This document shows positions 13,692-25,358 of a DNA stretch of 64,000 nucleotides, piece after piece; within the stretch, counting starts at the first letter, position 1; each line of letters starts with the position of its first letter. The notes beneath the pieces are model-generated. The model saw only the letters and a program-made list of their open reading frames with translations, did not search any database and had not been told where the DNA came from. The translations under genes and the position numbers were made by a program. The DNA lies in contig MU053561.1 of the NCBI GenBank assembly GCA_013239625.1, positions 560,826 to 624,825 on the forward strand, given 5' to 3'. The DNA is from Lama guanicoe. Lineage: Eukaryota.

Positions 13692-14055
13692 TTGTCTGTG
13701 TGTGCCTGTAGTTGTGCACATGTGTGCTTTTCATTACCTTGCCAAAAAACAGGTAAACATGAATAAAGCATAAAATGGAGCATATAAATTAAAATATAGT
13801 AAAACAATAGGATTACACATAATTTCTCCTTTTGTCTTGATTCTGCTCATGTTTTTATTGATATTATACAAATTTGTCTGTGTGTGCCTGTAGTTGTGCA
13901 CATGTGTGCTTTTCATTATCTTTGCCAAAAAACAGGCAAACATGAATAAAGCATAAAATGGAGCATATAAATTAAAATATAGTAAAACAATAGGATTACA
14001 CATAATTTCTCCTTTTGTCTTGATTCTGCTCATGTTTTTATTGATATTATACAAA
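13692..14055. repeat. Tandem duplication, two near-identical units of about 181-182 bp
   Basis: Unit 1 at 13692-13872 and unit 2 at 13874-14055 differ only at cattaccttgcc/cattatctttgcc and aggtaaac/aggcaaac. Confidence 0.97.
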
Positions 14056-14813
14056 CTAATATGGTATAAAATTCAGTCCTCCAGTATTTGTCCTATAATT
14101 TCTCAAGAATTTATTATTCCTTCTGTTCTCGTAGCATAAACATTAGAAGAACAGAAATAATAAGATCACAAGATCTCCTCTGACCAGTGTATCGTCTAAA
14201 GCAAACATAGATCTATTACAAAGGACATTTTGGAGTTAAAATTTTAATTTTTTGCTTCTTATCTATGATCTCATAGCAAGTTTACCATCCTCCTGGAGCC
14301 AGCCGATCATGGCCCTATTGATAGAAAGAAACCTGAGGTCACAAACAAAGGGAGCCTTCCCTGGGCCAGCCAGTGATATTGTGAGTCAGCACAGCTTGGA
14401 ATTTATTTGCTGGCATTTCCAGTCTGCCCTGAAGGGGCTCCCCAGTGATTTACCTTGATGGATGGCCCAAGTGAGTCCCATGGATTAGAATGAAGGAAAG
14501 GCTCTCCCAACACCTGGAGATCCCGTGCGTTTACCAATCCTATTTCGTCCAAGCCTCAGAAAGCAATTCCCTCATCATTCATTCATTGAGCATTTATTTA
14601 CTTATTCACCCAGCCTGTGTATCTGGGCCTGGCATCGTGTTAGATGTTGATGGTAACAGCCCCATTGAGCAAATATGCCTGAGAAAACAGATAAACAGAA
14701 ACAATTAGGTATCAAAAGTACCTCCTACCAGTAATGTGTGTGGTGGAACATAGTCTAGAGGGACGTTAACTTTTCGCCAGGAGAAAAAAAGGGTTCGTAA
14801 TGCCATTCGATAT

Positions 14814-15344
14814 CGTTATAATAGAAAAGAACAAATCTGACTCCATATTACATCTGTTCCTTTGGCTTTAACTCTGTGCTGTTTCCTGGGCTTAGTCTTG
14901 CTGGTTCTGCATCTTTTGTAAAAGAATGTTGCCTTTAGCCTGAAATATACAGGAAAGCCTATTCTCAAAGCTCTGACCTTTAAGGACATTAACACTTTTC
15001 ATTCATACAAAGATAGCAAGTTGCAGAATAGAAAATAACCTTTGTTTTGTTGGAGGTTTATAGGGACACCACGATCTGACCTATGTGAACAGCTACAAGA
15101 ACAAAGGAACCCATGAACAAAGAATTCCCACACCAAGAATTTTGCAGCAACCAAGCGTACCCCCTCCTGTCTTTAGAATAAAAGAAGCCTGAATTCTGAC
15201 TTGGGGAAGATGGTTCTCTAGGACATCAGTCTGCCATCTTCTCAGTCTGTCGGCTTTCTGAATAAAGTCACTTGCCCCAGCACCTTGTCTCCTGATTTAT
15301 GGGCCAGTCGTACAGCGAGCAGAACGAGTTTGGACTCTGTAACA
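14814..15344 (+). mobile_element. Solo ERV1-class LTR
   Basis: Begins (c/t)gttata and ends tgtaaca (short terminal inverted repeat); AATAAA at 15261; U5-like gcgagcagaacgagtttggactc; no clear TSD seen. Confidence 0.75.
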
Positions 15345-17502
15345 TCCTGCCAGGTTTTCTTAAGGCTCTGCTCTGCCCATCTGCCTGGGGATTTACCTTC
15401 TGCAGCTCCCTGGACATCTTCATGCTACCTGCTACTGAAGCCTGTCCCGACCTGGTAGGGTGGTCAGGCTTGGGGGTCTTAACCTTCTCCTGCTTAGCCC
15501 AGCAGCAAAGCCAACAGAACCCCAGTTCTGACCCTAAACTCAGCCTTAATTTACCTGAAAAGAGAGAGGTAAGGATAAGTGGTGGAGACAGGACCCAAGC
15601 AAAAAGTAAGACATGGGACTGCTTAGCGGGCCAGTGTGATTTTAACAGGCCTTAATGGCATGGGGAGGCTTTGCGTGGAAGAGGGCCCTGAGTTCCTAAG
15701 GGAACAGAAAAAGGATGTCTTGCGATCTTAGCTCAGTTCTGCTGGAAGGTGTGATGTACTGAGGGAGAGCTTACGGTCAATAGCCCTCCTTCAAATGAAT
15801 TAGATCTCTGGGCTCTGTGTAGTTGCCTTGCCCCTCATTTACATAGCAGGGGTTCTTGTGCCTGGGGCCATGTATTCCTAGGGGCCTCTGTGCAGGCTGT
15901 GGGAAAGAATATGCCCAGGAGTGTTGTGTTTTTTTTGAGTTGCTTAGATCAGATTCTCATATGGGCTTGAGACTGGCAACTCTAGAAACTTAGCCTCAAC
16001 TATCAGTAAGGCTGAGTTAAGGCATCAGACATTTTCCACCAACTCTTTCTCTCTACACCGAGTTCTCTAGAACTTTTAAGTTGTGAATACAGTAAAAAAA
16101 AATGCATTCTGATTATAACAGATAAACGATTATATGTATACATAAAATTACCTATGGATTATATAATTATATGTATAAAATTATATATGCATCTATATAT
16201 GTCTTGGGGTCTGCATTCAGTCCTGCTCCTTTTAAAAACCAACTGGCAAAGTTATTCACTAGCTTTACCACATGGCGCTTTGATGGGAATCAGTTTAATT
16301 AATTTGATAGCATAATAGGCTTCTTAACAAATGAAAACAGAAAGTTTGAAAAAGAGTGCACCCTGGGGAAAAGATGACAGCGCAGAAGCTTGATTCAATT
16401 CAAGATGCACCACCTGCGGCAGAGATCTGTAGCGGAGAGACGCACAGGAGACAGCGGTATTTGGGTGCAGAGGGATTGGGGGTGGGTGTAGGGGCTGCTC
16501 TGGAAGATATTTTACCTAAAGATAAACACTTTGGTCTTTTCCCTAAAGAGAAGCTCAGTGTCCAGAAACTTCAAAGAAAGAGCACTCCTGACCCTGTGCT
16601 TCACGCTGAGCTGGGATTATCAATTGACCTCATTTCAAAACTAGCCATGCATGGATGTGGGCAGAGGTCAGGGCCACAGGGAGTCAGGAGAGTGGAGGGA
16701 GGCTTAGAGATCCTCTAGTTCATGGGTCACTATGTGTTGGTCACAAGCACACGTGGTTTTTTTGGCCCATTGAGTGTTTTAAAAGTAACATGAGCCAATA
16801 TTGGAAAATGAAGGGATTTCACCTGCTAATTAAGATTCCCATTTCTTTGGAAAAGTCTGAAGACATTGCAACACTGCTTTCGAGTACCTGCGGGGACCAC
16901 TCATGAGAAGCTGTCCCCGGCAGAAGGGAAGTGCTTGCCAGCTCCCCCGGGCCCACTCTGGAAGCCTGGAATTGTGTTACTGGGGAGCTGAGCGGGGCGG
17001 AGCTGATGTGACAGGGACTAGTTAAATTGCACACCAGAGCACTTGTGCACCTCCTGGCATCTCATCATGTTCAGGGCCTGAGTCCACTACTGTCAAGGGT
17101 TGCCTAGGCTCCAGGGGTATTCTATTGGCTCCCTGTACGCCCTCCCAGGAATCTGTTCGGGATTTCAGAAGCTCTTTGGCTTAGAGTTACTTTTATCCTT
17201 TGGCTGCAGGCATTGTATTCATCTTTCACAACCAGGACAACTCTTTCTTGGTTCTCATCCCCTTCTCCCAACACCAGTTCAGACTTGATGCCAATAACCA
17301 TTCCCAGCTTATAACGGATCAGTATTTACTCTTTCAACAGACGATTTCTAGTTGCTTATAATCTGCCAGTTGCACAAGGCGCTGAGGCATTGACGACAAG
17401 ACATAGTCCTGCCCAGAGAGGAACTTAAATGTAGTGGCCACGCTGTGACTAAAATGTTTAGTGGGGAAGGAGAGGGTGTATCTTGACACGGTGATAGAAA
17501 TA

Positions 17503-17521
17503 TGTCCACCAGATGGCGCTC
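17503..17521 (+). promoter_or_regulatory. CTCF binding motif
   Basis: TGTCCACCAGATGGCGCTC matches the core consensus CCASYAGRKGGCRS. Confidence 0.75.
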
Positions 17522-18163
17522 AAGAGACTCCAGTTAAACAAAACTTCGGGGGCGGGGGCGGGGGCGGGGAGGGGAGGCAAAATGTACCCCTTGAAAGACA
17601 GATAGCATCTGACTTCCATTCCACCAGTACTTTTACGTTCTATCACGCCTCTAACTCTTACAGCTCCCAACCGCCAGGACTCGGGGTGTGACATTTGGAC
17701 TGAGAGGAACAGCAGTTCCCACACCGACCCCTGCCCTGCCAACAGGAATCTTCTGAAGCTGGAGCACTTCCAAGTGAGACCAGGAAAGAACCGACCATCC
17801 GTGAGGTCGGATGGAGGCCTCCCTGGGTGGAGGGCCTGATTCTTATCTGAGTTCATTACCCAGTTCAGCGGCGTCCTTTGGGAACAAGCCACACCTCTCC
17901 TCTCTTAGCTGCTCTGGTCTTGCTGTCTTCCTATCTGCTCATCTGCCGCATAATTTGAGTAAATACACTGATTTTTTTTAAAATGTGCCTGCCATCTCTC
18001 CCAAATATTTATAGCTTTTCAAAGTCTTTTTTTTTAGATGATAATAAACTCATTAAAAGAAATGCAAACAAAAAAATTAGTAACTTGGAAAGGATGTGAT
18101 TCTTCCATAATTCAAATCTTGGAAATACCCGCTGATAAAAGTTTGGCATATATTCGTCCAGAA

Positions 18164-18320
18164 CAGGTTTTCTTAACCTCGACTCTACTGGTATTCGGGG
18201 CCAGAAAATTCTTTGTTTGGAAAACTGCCATGTGCACTGTAAGCTGGTCAGCCTCAGTAGTAACCCCAGCGACACCACCAGCCAGTTGTGACAACAAAAA
18301 ATGTGCCCAGTGCCAAAGGG
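18164..18320 (+). mobile_element. MER20-like hAT MITE fragment
   Basis: caggttttcttaacctcgactctactggtattcggggccagaaaattctttg...ccagttgtgacaacaaaaaatgtgccc. Confidence 0.7.
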
Positions 18321-20191
18321 TTTCATACTATACATGCTTTCCTGCAACTTGCTTTTTCTCCCTCTCGCTCTCTCTTAAAAACCTTAATAACCCGTCTTGG
18401 CCATCTTTTCCATTTCATAACATCTAAATCTATTACATGTTTTTTACTGTATCATGATTTATATAATTGATGATCATTTGGATTGTCTTTAATTTTCTTA
18501 CTATTACAAATGTAGCTGGGTGAAAAAAAAATACTTAAAGCTCAAACTGTCTGTAGCCACTTCTGCCTTTTGAGGGAAGGGGGAAGACATACTTCACATC
18601 AAAGGGAAAGCAAACATCTTACTGCTTCCCTTTTCCTTATAAATCCTGGTGGGCAACAGAAAGTCTGAAATGTGAAAACTGCTATCCATTTTCTGTGTTG
18701 CTGAAGCTTAAGGCCAAATTAATGGTCCTTTGGATAGTCCGCCTTTCTAGATGCCAAGATAGGCTGGAGACTGGGGAAGGCAGAGAAAGAAAAACCGCTC
18801 TGCATAACAAAGCGAGGTGTTTCCACTGTCCCTAAGCAACACAAGGGGAAGCAAGCCCTGGAAACAGACTGATGAGATGTAAGGAAAGTCCTGAGGTGAC
18901 CAGAGGAAGCCAAGTGACAATCAGGACAGGACCTCGTGGGGAAAAGTAGCCAGTAAGAAATTCTTCACAGGAGAGCGGCCAAAGCACTTTTATGTATGAG
19001 AAGGCCTAACATTAATTTTTGAGTGAGTTGATTTGTGGGGCTATAAAGATCCCTTTTGTCATCCCAAACCTGTAAAAGTTGCTCCCAAATGTGCTGGGAG
19101 GTGTGTTTGCTGTTTTGCTATGTCTTTTTTTAGGGAAAGGAGACTGAAGGCCACATCCAACTGGCTTGCTCAGATAAAAAAGATGAAACTAGCTGTGAAA
19201 GGAGAGCCACAAGTGGGAACGAGGAGGATTCAGACACAGCCAGAACTCTGAGCAAGAGAGAAGTGAGTAGGAGAAAATAAAACACCCAAAACTCACAGAA
19301 ATCACGGGGAGGGCAATAAACAGTCTTCAGGGTTAAATTCTCTCAAGTCAAATTCATATAAATCTTAAGGCAAAGAGTGACTGCTGCCAACTGACTCTCA
19401 CAGCCAGGACCGCAAGGACATCCTTGCACACACAACTTTCAGTTTTGGTGCAACTTTTTTTTTTTTTTTGCTTATTCCATAAACATTTATTGAATTCCTG
19501 CCATTCTCTGGAGGAAGCAATAAGCAATTGTCAATGGTCTTAGATCCCTAAAGATGACGTTTGCACCCTCTTAGTTAAATTATAGTTAAACAGTCAAAGT
19601 CCTGGGTCAACAGACATGACAATTTCAAAATTCTGAAAGATATTTCAAAATGTTCTTTCCTGTCCAGAAATGAGACTCTCTTCCAGGCTTTGTTTATATT
19701 TGCTAATGGTTTAATATGTTTCTTCATATTAAAGTCTTATCCATCAGAAGTGTGTATACTGATACACCACAGGAATCTGTAAATTGATTCCCCCAACAAA
19801 CATCCAACTGGCTTTTTGGAGCCACATTTTGTTCAGTCGTTCAACCTTCCATCATTGATTTGTGGTGCGTCCCTTGTGGCATTTTAACCTCTGTGTGATA
19901 GAATCTCGTTCTGAGCTGTTCCTTCTGTTTCATTGATTTGCCCATCTTTTCTCACGCCAGAACCACAATTACTGTTTTCATTATTATAGCTTCACAAGTA
20001 ATTTAATATCGAGGGAGGCAAGTACTCCTTCTTTACTCTCTTTTTCTGTTTTAAAAATTTGTAGTGATGCTTAGCTATTTATTCTTTCGCTGAAACTAAG
20101 AATAATTTGATTAAATTCAAAAAACCCAAAAGGATATAACTATCATCCAGTTTGGAAAGTTCAAAGTCTTTATCATCAAAATCTCTCTAGA

Positions 20192-20652
20192 TGCGGGAAG
20201 GGTCTGCAATTTTACCCTCCGTGTGAACTAACAAGTTAATCTGCATCAGGTTTTGGCTGTTGGCAGAAGACATGGGACACCGAGGTCGGAGACAGAGGAC
20301 TCCATTTCTCACAGCATTAGCAGTAGTCAGAGGGTCATCATCTCCTGAGCCCAGTTCCCATAGAGCAAGGGGAAGAGGGCCAGGTACCACCTGCATACAC
20401 AGAGATTTGCATTACAGAAGAACTCTGAGCTTAGGGAATCCAAATTTTTATGAAGGTTCTTTTTTTTCCTGAAGGAAGACATTATCTTTATTATACTAGA
20501 TGGTAAACACACCTGCCCTTTGCTCTGGATGGAGACTATCTCTAGCTTCCAAGGCTACTTACTATACAAACAGCCAGGAACAAAGGCTGACAGTCCTGCT
20601 GCTCACAGGATGTGCAGAAATGGGAAAGGCTGCGAAATAGTGTCTCCCTACA
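20192..20652 (-). mobile_element. ERVL-class LTR (MER54/MER74/MER77-type group)
   Basis: aattttaccct...ctaacaagttaatctgc...ggcagaagacatgggac...tcggagacagaggact and terminal atagtgtctccctaca (TGTAGGGAGAC on the - strand). Confidence 0.65.
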
Positions 20653-20734
20653 CTTTCAGCCTATGATAGTTCAGTAATGGTAATAAGAATAACCATAGCA
20701 GTAATAGCAGTAATAATGAAGAATGAGGCTTCGT

Positions 20735-20975
20735 TGATTCCAGCTTTGCTTCATACTAGCTCTGTGACCTTGGACAAGTTAACTTGCTTCCCTAAGCCCC
20801 AGTTTCCTCTCCTATAAAATGGAGATAAAGAGAGTACGAACCTCGTAAGTGTTACGTGAAGTGTCATTAATTCATACTAAAGGATTTCTTAACAGATTAA
20901 ATTGTGAATGAAAAGCACATAGCACAGTGTCTACCACATAATGTGTGCTTCTGCAACATGGGCATTATCATTTTT
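20735..20975 (+). mobile_element. MIR SINE
   Basis: actagctctgtgaccttggacaagttaact...cccagtttcctctcctataaaatggagataa. Confidence 0.75.
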
Positions 20976-22984
20976 ATTATCTTCAACAGAAGATATTGAA
21001 TTATATTGACCTTGAGCTTGGGCATCGTGCTTCCTTTTCTTATTAATCAAAGGTTTTTTCTTCAGTTCATTTCTTTGCATTTTCTAGTGGATATTATCAT
21101 TTGTAAAATAGTAGTTATTTGTGTTGTCCCTTCTAAAAGTGATTCCTTTTATTTTTGTGGCATGTCTTAATGTATTAACCAGGACCCTTCAAATGGTAAT
21201 AATACTAGAGATAGTTGATACACAATGAAATGACGTTCAGTCATTTACCACCAAATACACTGTTTCTCTTGGTCTGAAGTATATATATTCCTTATCATTT
21301 TTAAGGAAATATTCTTGAATGAGTAGTTTTTTAAAACAGACTTAATGTTTAAAAAAAAAAGTTTTAGATTCACAGCAGAATTGGGGAGAAGGTAGAGATA
21401 TTTCCCACATGCCCCCTGCCCTTACCGTGCGCAGCCTCTCCTGCTGTTAACATCTCTCACCAGAGTGTTATGTTTGCTACAATTGATGGATCTGCATTGA
21501 TACACCATGATCACCCAGAGCCCACAGTTTACATTAGGTTCACTCTTGGTGCTGCATTGCCTGTGAATGCTAAGTTTTTTTAAAGCCTTTATCAGAAATG
21601 GTATCTTATCAAATGCTGTTTTAGCATTAGCTGAGTTGGTACAGTTTTCTTTTTTGATCTATTGTCTGTGTTAATAGACTTCTAAATCGTGCTTTGTCCT
21701 TGCATCCTTGATATAAAACAGCTATTTCATCATGATTTTTTCCATTAATAATATTGTGACACTTTGATTCATTGGTGTTTTTGGTCAAGATTTCACATGT
21801 ATGTTCATAAATGGGTTGAACTGTAATTTTCTATCGTTATCTGTCTTGTCAGACCATGAAAAGGCCTTCCAAGTGCTCGGAGCCATTTTCCGCACAGTTT
21901 GAATCTTCTTTCTATTTAAGAAAATCTGTTTTTGACAATTAGTTTGCTCCTTTCTGGTTGCAAAGAATAGGCTCTCTCAGCTTTTCTCATGGTTTTAGCA
22001 AACATTTAAAAGAAGAATTAACACCAATTATTTGCAAATTCTTCCAAAAGAGAGGAGGCACAGCCCCTGAAACTAAGTAGAAGCTCAATTAATATTTGTG
22101 GAATTAAAGCGCTTATGAATGAAGATATATAGTCCGGGAAAGAGTTGGACAGAGCATCCTGGAAGGGTCTACAAGCTTGAAGTGGTTCTTCCACCAACAG
22201 AGTGGGGCAGTGGGAAGCCAGGCTGGCAGACCTGCCACAGGTGCTGGAAGAAAGGCCTGTGAAGGGGAACACATAGGCAGGCAAGTGACTGGTGCTAGCC
22301 CAAAGAAATAAGTGCCCTCATGAGGGCAGAGCAGAGGAGGAGAAGAGAGTCCCCAGGAGTCTGAGAGCAGGCACTAGTCAGGGATTCAAGTAAGCGGCTG
22401 GCACTAGCAAGGTGTACAGCTTGGCTCAGGAATGCATGTCCTGCGTCCAAGCACCTAGTCCCGTACCCTAGGTTAGCTATAAAATTGTGGTTCAGGGCAC
22501 AGCTGTGAATGCTTCTGGATGGATGTCCTCCCATCCTGATCCCACTCTGTGAGTAAGTCACCCTCTGATAAACTGATCCATTGATTACATGGAGCCGCCT
22601 GCCTCGTTTTTCGATCTCAAGATGTCTTCGTAGTTCCATGGGCAATTTTTGTTCCCTCCATCTTCCAACAATTGACAAGCCAGACAGGAGACAGAAAGTG
22701 ATGAAGGACAGGATAAAGGGGACGTGCCAGGTGGGGAGAGCCCAGTTATCGGTGGGAGAAGCCCAGGCTGGCCAGCCACTTCCAGGGTGGGGGACCTGGC
22801 TAGGTTTATGGAATACTCTGGCAGGAGCGTGAGAACAGGGGTGCTCCAAAAGTCCAAAGGGCTTGCTAGACATGTTCACCCAAGCGATGGGAAAGCAAAA
22901 ATGGAAAAAAGAAAGTGAGCGAGCTATGGTGGCCGTTACGGGACCTCACAACCACCACGGTCAAGCCTGTAATGGGGGGCCATG

Positions 22985-23915
22985 CTAAATGGAGCCCTGT
23001 AAAGTTGCCTCTGCCCCCAGAGAGTGGCGGCAACAAAACAATATCACCTATCCGGGGGTCAGGAAGAAATAAAGGCCACCGTCAAGCAATTAGAAGAGGT
23101 GGGGGTTATAAGATGGCACAAAACCTGTTCAGTAGCCCCTTGTGGCTGGTGGAAAACCCAAATGGCACCTGACGTGGGTATGGGAGGTAAAGGCTGACAT
23201 GGTGCAAGGAGAGGGGCAGTCAGGAAAGTTCTTGGGAGCTATCTGGTCTGGTAAGACCAGAGTGATGCCTGAGGCTGTCATTAATAAAACACAGACCTAT
23301 CCTGTTCCCCACAATGAACAAGAAGTATGCACCTTTATAGCTCTGCTAGGGCACTGGCGGCCTTTTTTCCCCACCTTGCCCAGATACTAAGACCCCAATA
23401 TGCTTTAGTGAAAAAACAAACAAAAAACCCACCACCACCACCAACAAAAAACAAACAAAAACAAAAAACAAAACAAAAAAGAAATCTAAGGCTTAAATAC
23501 CCCACAAGAGGCTTTGAAGAGGCCAAGCTGGTTGTCAAACAAGTCCAGGGACTGGACGTGTTAATGCCAGTTGCAAGCTGAGAACTGGATGTAAATGTAT
23601 ATCCAGACCTCCATCTGACATGGCAGAATAAATCCACTGAAAATCGAGACATAGAGGCTCCCAAAAAACATGGGAAATAGGAAAAAGTCTCTATTTGCCT
23701 CTCAAATATACAGACCTCCAAGCTGCAGATGAAGACTGCTCTCCATATCATTTGGGGCGCACCCCCTCCATGCACCCCACCCCAGGACACATTGGACACT
23801 CTGACCGTCTGGTTACTGGCTGGCAAGCGGACTGCATAGGGCCTTGCCTGTGTAGAAGGGCATAAATATGCTCTAATCTGTGCTGACACAGCCACTGGAT
23901 TGGTGCAAGCCTTTA
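22985..23915 (+). pseudogene. ERVL pol remnants (RT N-terminus, RT thumb region, integrase core), frameshifted and deleted
   Basis: Translates as WSPVKLPLP..KQYHLSGGQEEIKATVKQLEEVGVI..FSSPLWLVENPNGT; KFLGAIWSGKTRVMPEAVINKTQTYPVPHNEQEVCTFIALLGHWRPF; WQADCIGP..YALICADTATGLVQAF, matching recalled ERVL Pol motifs. Confidence 0.85.
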
Positions 23916-24422
23916 ACAGCAAGAAAGCTGTCAGGCTGCCACAATCAAAGACCTGTCAAAATTGGAAGTTATGTATGGAAGGAGCACTGGCTCGGGTTAC
24001 TGGCAGTGTCCTCCTCTCCGGGGCCTCAACATCCATGGAGGTCCTTCTGACCGCTGGGTCTGTGGTCTGTTGCCTGTCTCCAGTGCCTGGGGGACGCCGT
24101 GGACACTTACGTTCAGCCACACCGAATGTGGACGATGGCTTGGATTGGGGACCCCAAAAAATCCACCTGGTGGTCTGACTCCTATTTATGAAAGTGCTCA
24201 TTAATCAAATTGATAAGCTTTCCTTTGCCAATGCTTTTACCCTCTGGGTGGCTTACTCCTCTTCCCAATGGGGAACGTAGCTCTCAGTGCTCTTTTGTGA
24301 GGAGTAGGAATCCTTTGTTTTGCTGTTGCTTATACTGCCGTTGTGGGTTAGGGAGGCAAGCCGCCTCCTGATACCTCGCCCGAGGGTCCGCGCGGAAGAC
24401 GGCCAGATGAGGCTGTAGGGAC

Positions 24423-25358
24423 GTTAGCTGATACCATGACCCCGAAATTAGGAGGCCCACCAAAGTGCTTGCTGGCTGGCAAGGATTCACAGAGGGACAG
24501 AGCAAAAACTGCCTTCATTTCTCAAAAGAGGAGAAGGAAGGAAAGTGTTCGAGCAGGAAGGAAAGAAAAGCACTTGATGGAGGAAGAGGCATTGGAGCAG
24601 GGAGCCGTCAGCCAAGATGGGCAGTAGGAACAGCTCTAGCCTGGGTGGGGCCACATGGACTGTTATGGGAGTCTTCTGCCATCATGTCCTCCTTATGAGT
24701 GTGATGGAGCCAACCAGTCCTTGTTCAAGTTTTTCAGTCCCTGTATGGGCTTTTCTGGTTGTTGTCATGGCAATCGTCCACTGCCATGGCTCTGACGGGT
24801 GTGTCGTTTAGCATGTTAATATATTACAATAAGCATGTGCTGAGGCTCCAGGTCCACTGGAAGTCAGATCCTCCACCGTCTTGGACTTCTCGGTTCTAAC
24901 CAGTTCTTGTTTCTTCTCTGCAGCTGCCTCCTGAGGCTTGGATAAGAGTAATTGGTTTCTATTCAAGGTGGGGACAGGGGTATGATCCTGGGGGCAACAG
25001 ACTTGCTAACAGAAAGGAAAGTTGCTTTTAATCAGAATGCCTGCCATCTAGTGGACCCAGCATTCCCACCCCCTGGTCCCTCCTTAAAAACAAAAACAAA
25101 AACAAAAACAAACAAAAAAACTCCAAAGATTCTGTTCAGCCATGAAAGTTTTAAAGGGAACTGAAGGAATAATCTCAGTTAATTGTTGAGATACGTGGTC
25201 AGAGTCATTGCCATCCCCCAATCCCTGCAGGCTTGTTCTAATCAACTGCTTGAGCCTGCTCTTCTATGACTCAGCGGGGCCTGAGAGCCTTCAGCTTTTC
25301 TATAAACAAGAGGCAGGGGTTGGGGGGCGAGGGCCCTATAGGGTCCTGCTCCCTTTCA
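24423..25358 (-). mobile_element. Solo ERV1-class LTR nested in the ERVL provirus
   Basis: On the - strand it starts TGAAAGGGAGCAGGACCCTAT; flanked by ggac at 24419-24422 and 25359-25362 (4-bp TSD candidate). Confidence 0.7.

Larger units (their letters stand above)
19680..21900 (-). mobile_element. Fragmented ancient L1 (L1M/L1ME-like) antisense, interrupted by younger repeats
   Basis: T-rich degenerate ORF2-antisense phrases (ttctgtttcattgatttgcc, attatagcttcacaagta, ttatcaaatgctgttttagcatt); interrupted by an LTR, a MIR and an L1MC 3' end at about 21330-21570. Confidence 0.5.

Noticed and set aside
13692..14055. Direct repeats as a CRISPR-like or satellite array
   Set aside because: Only two long units, no spacers, mammalian context
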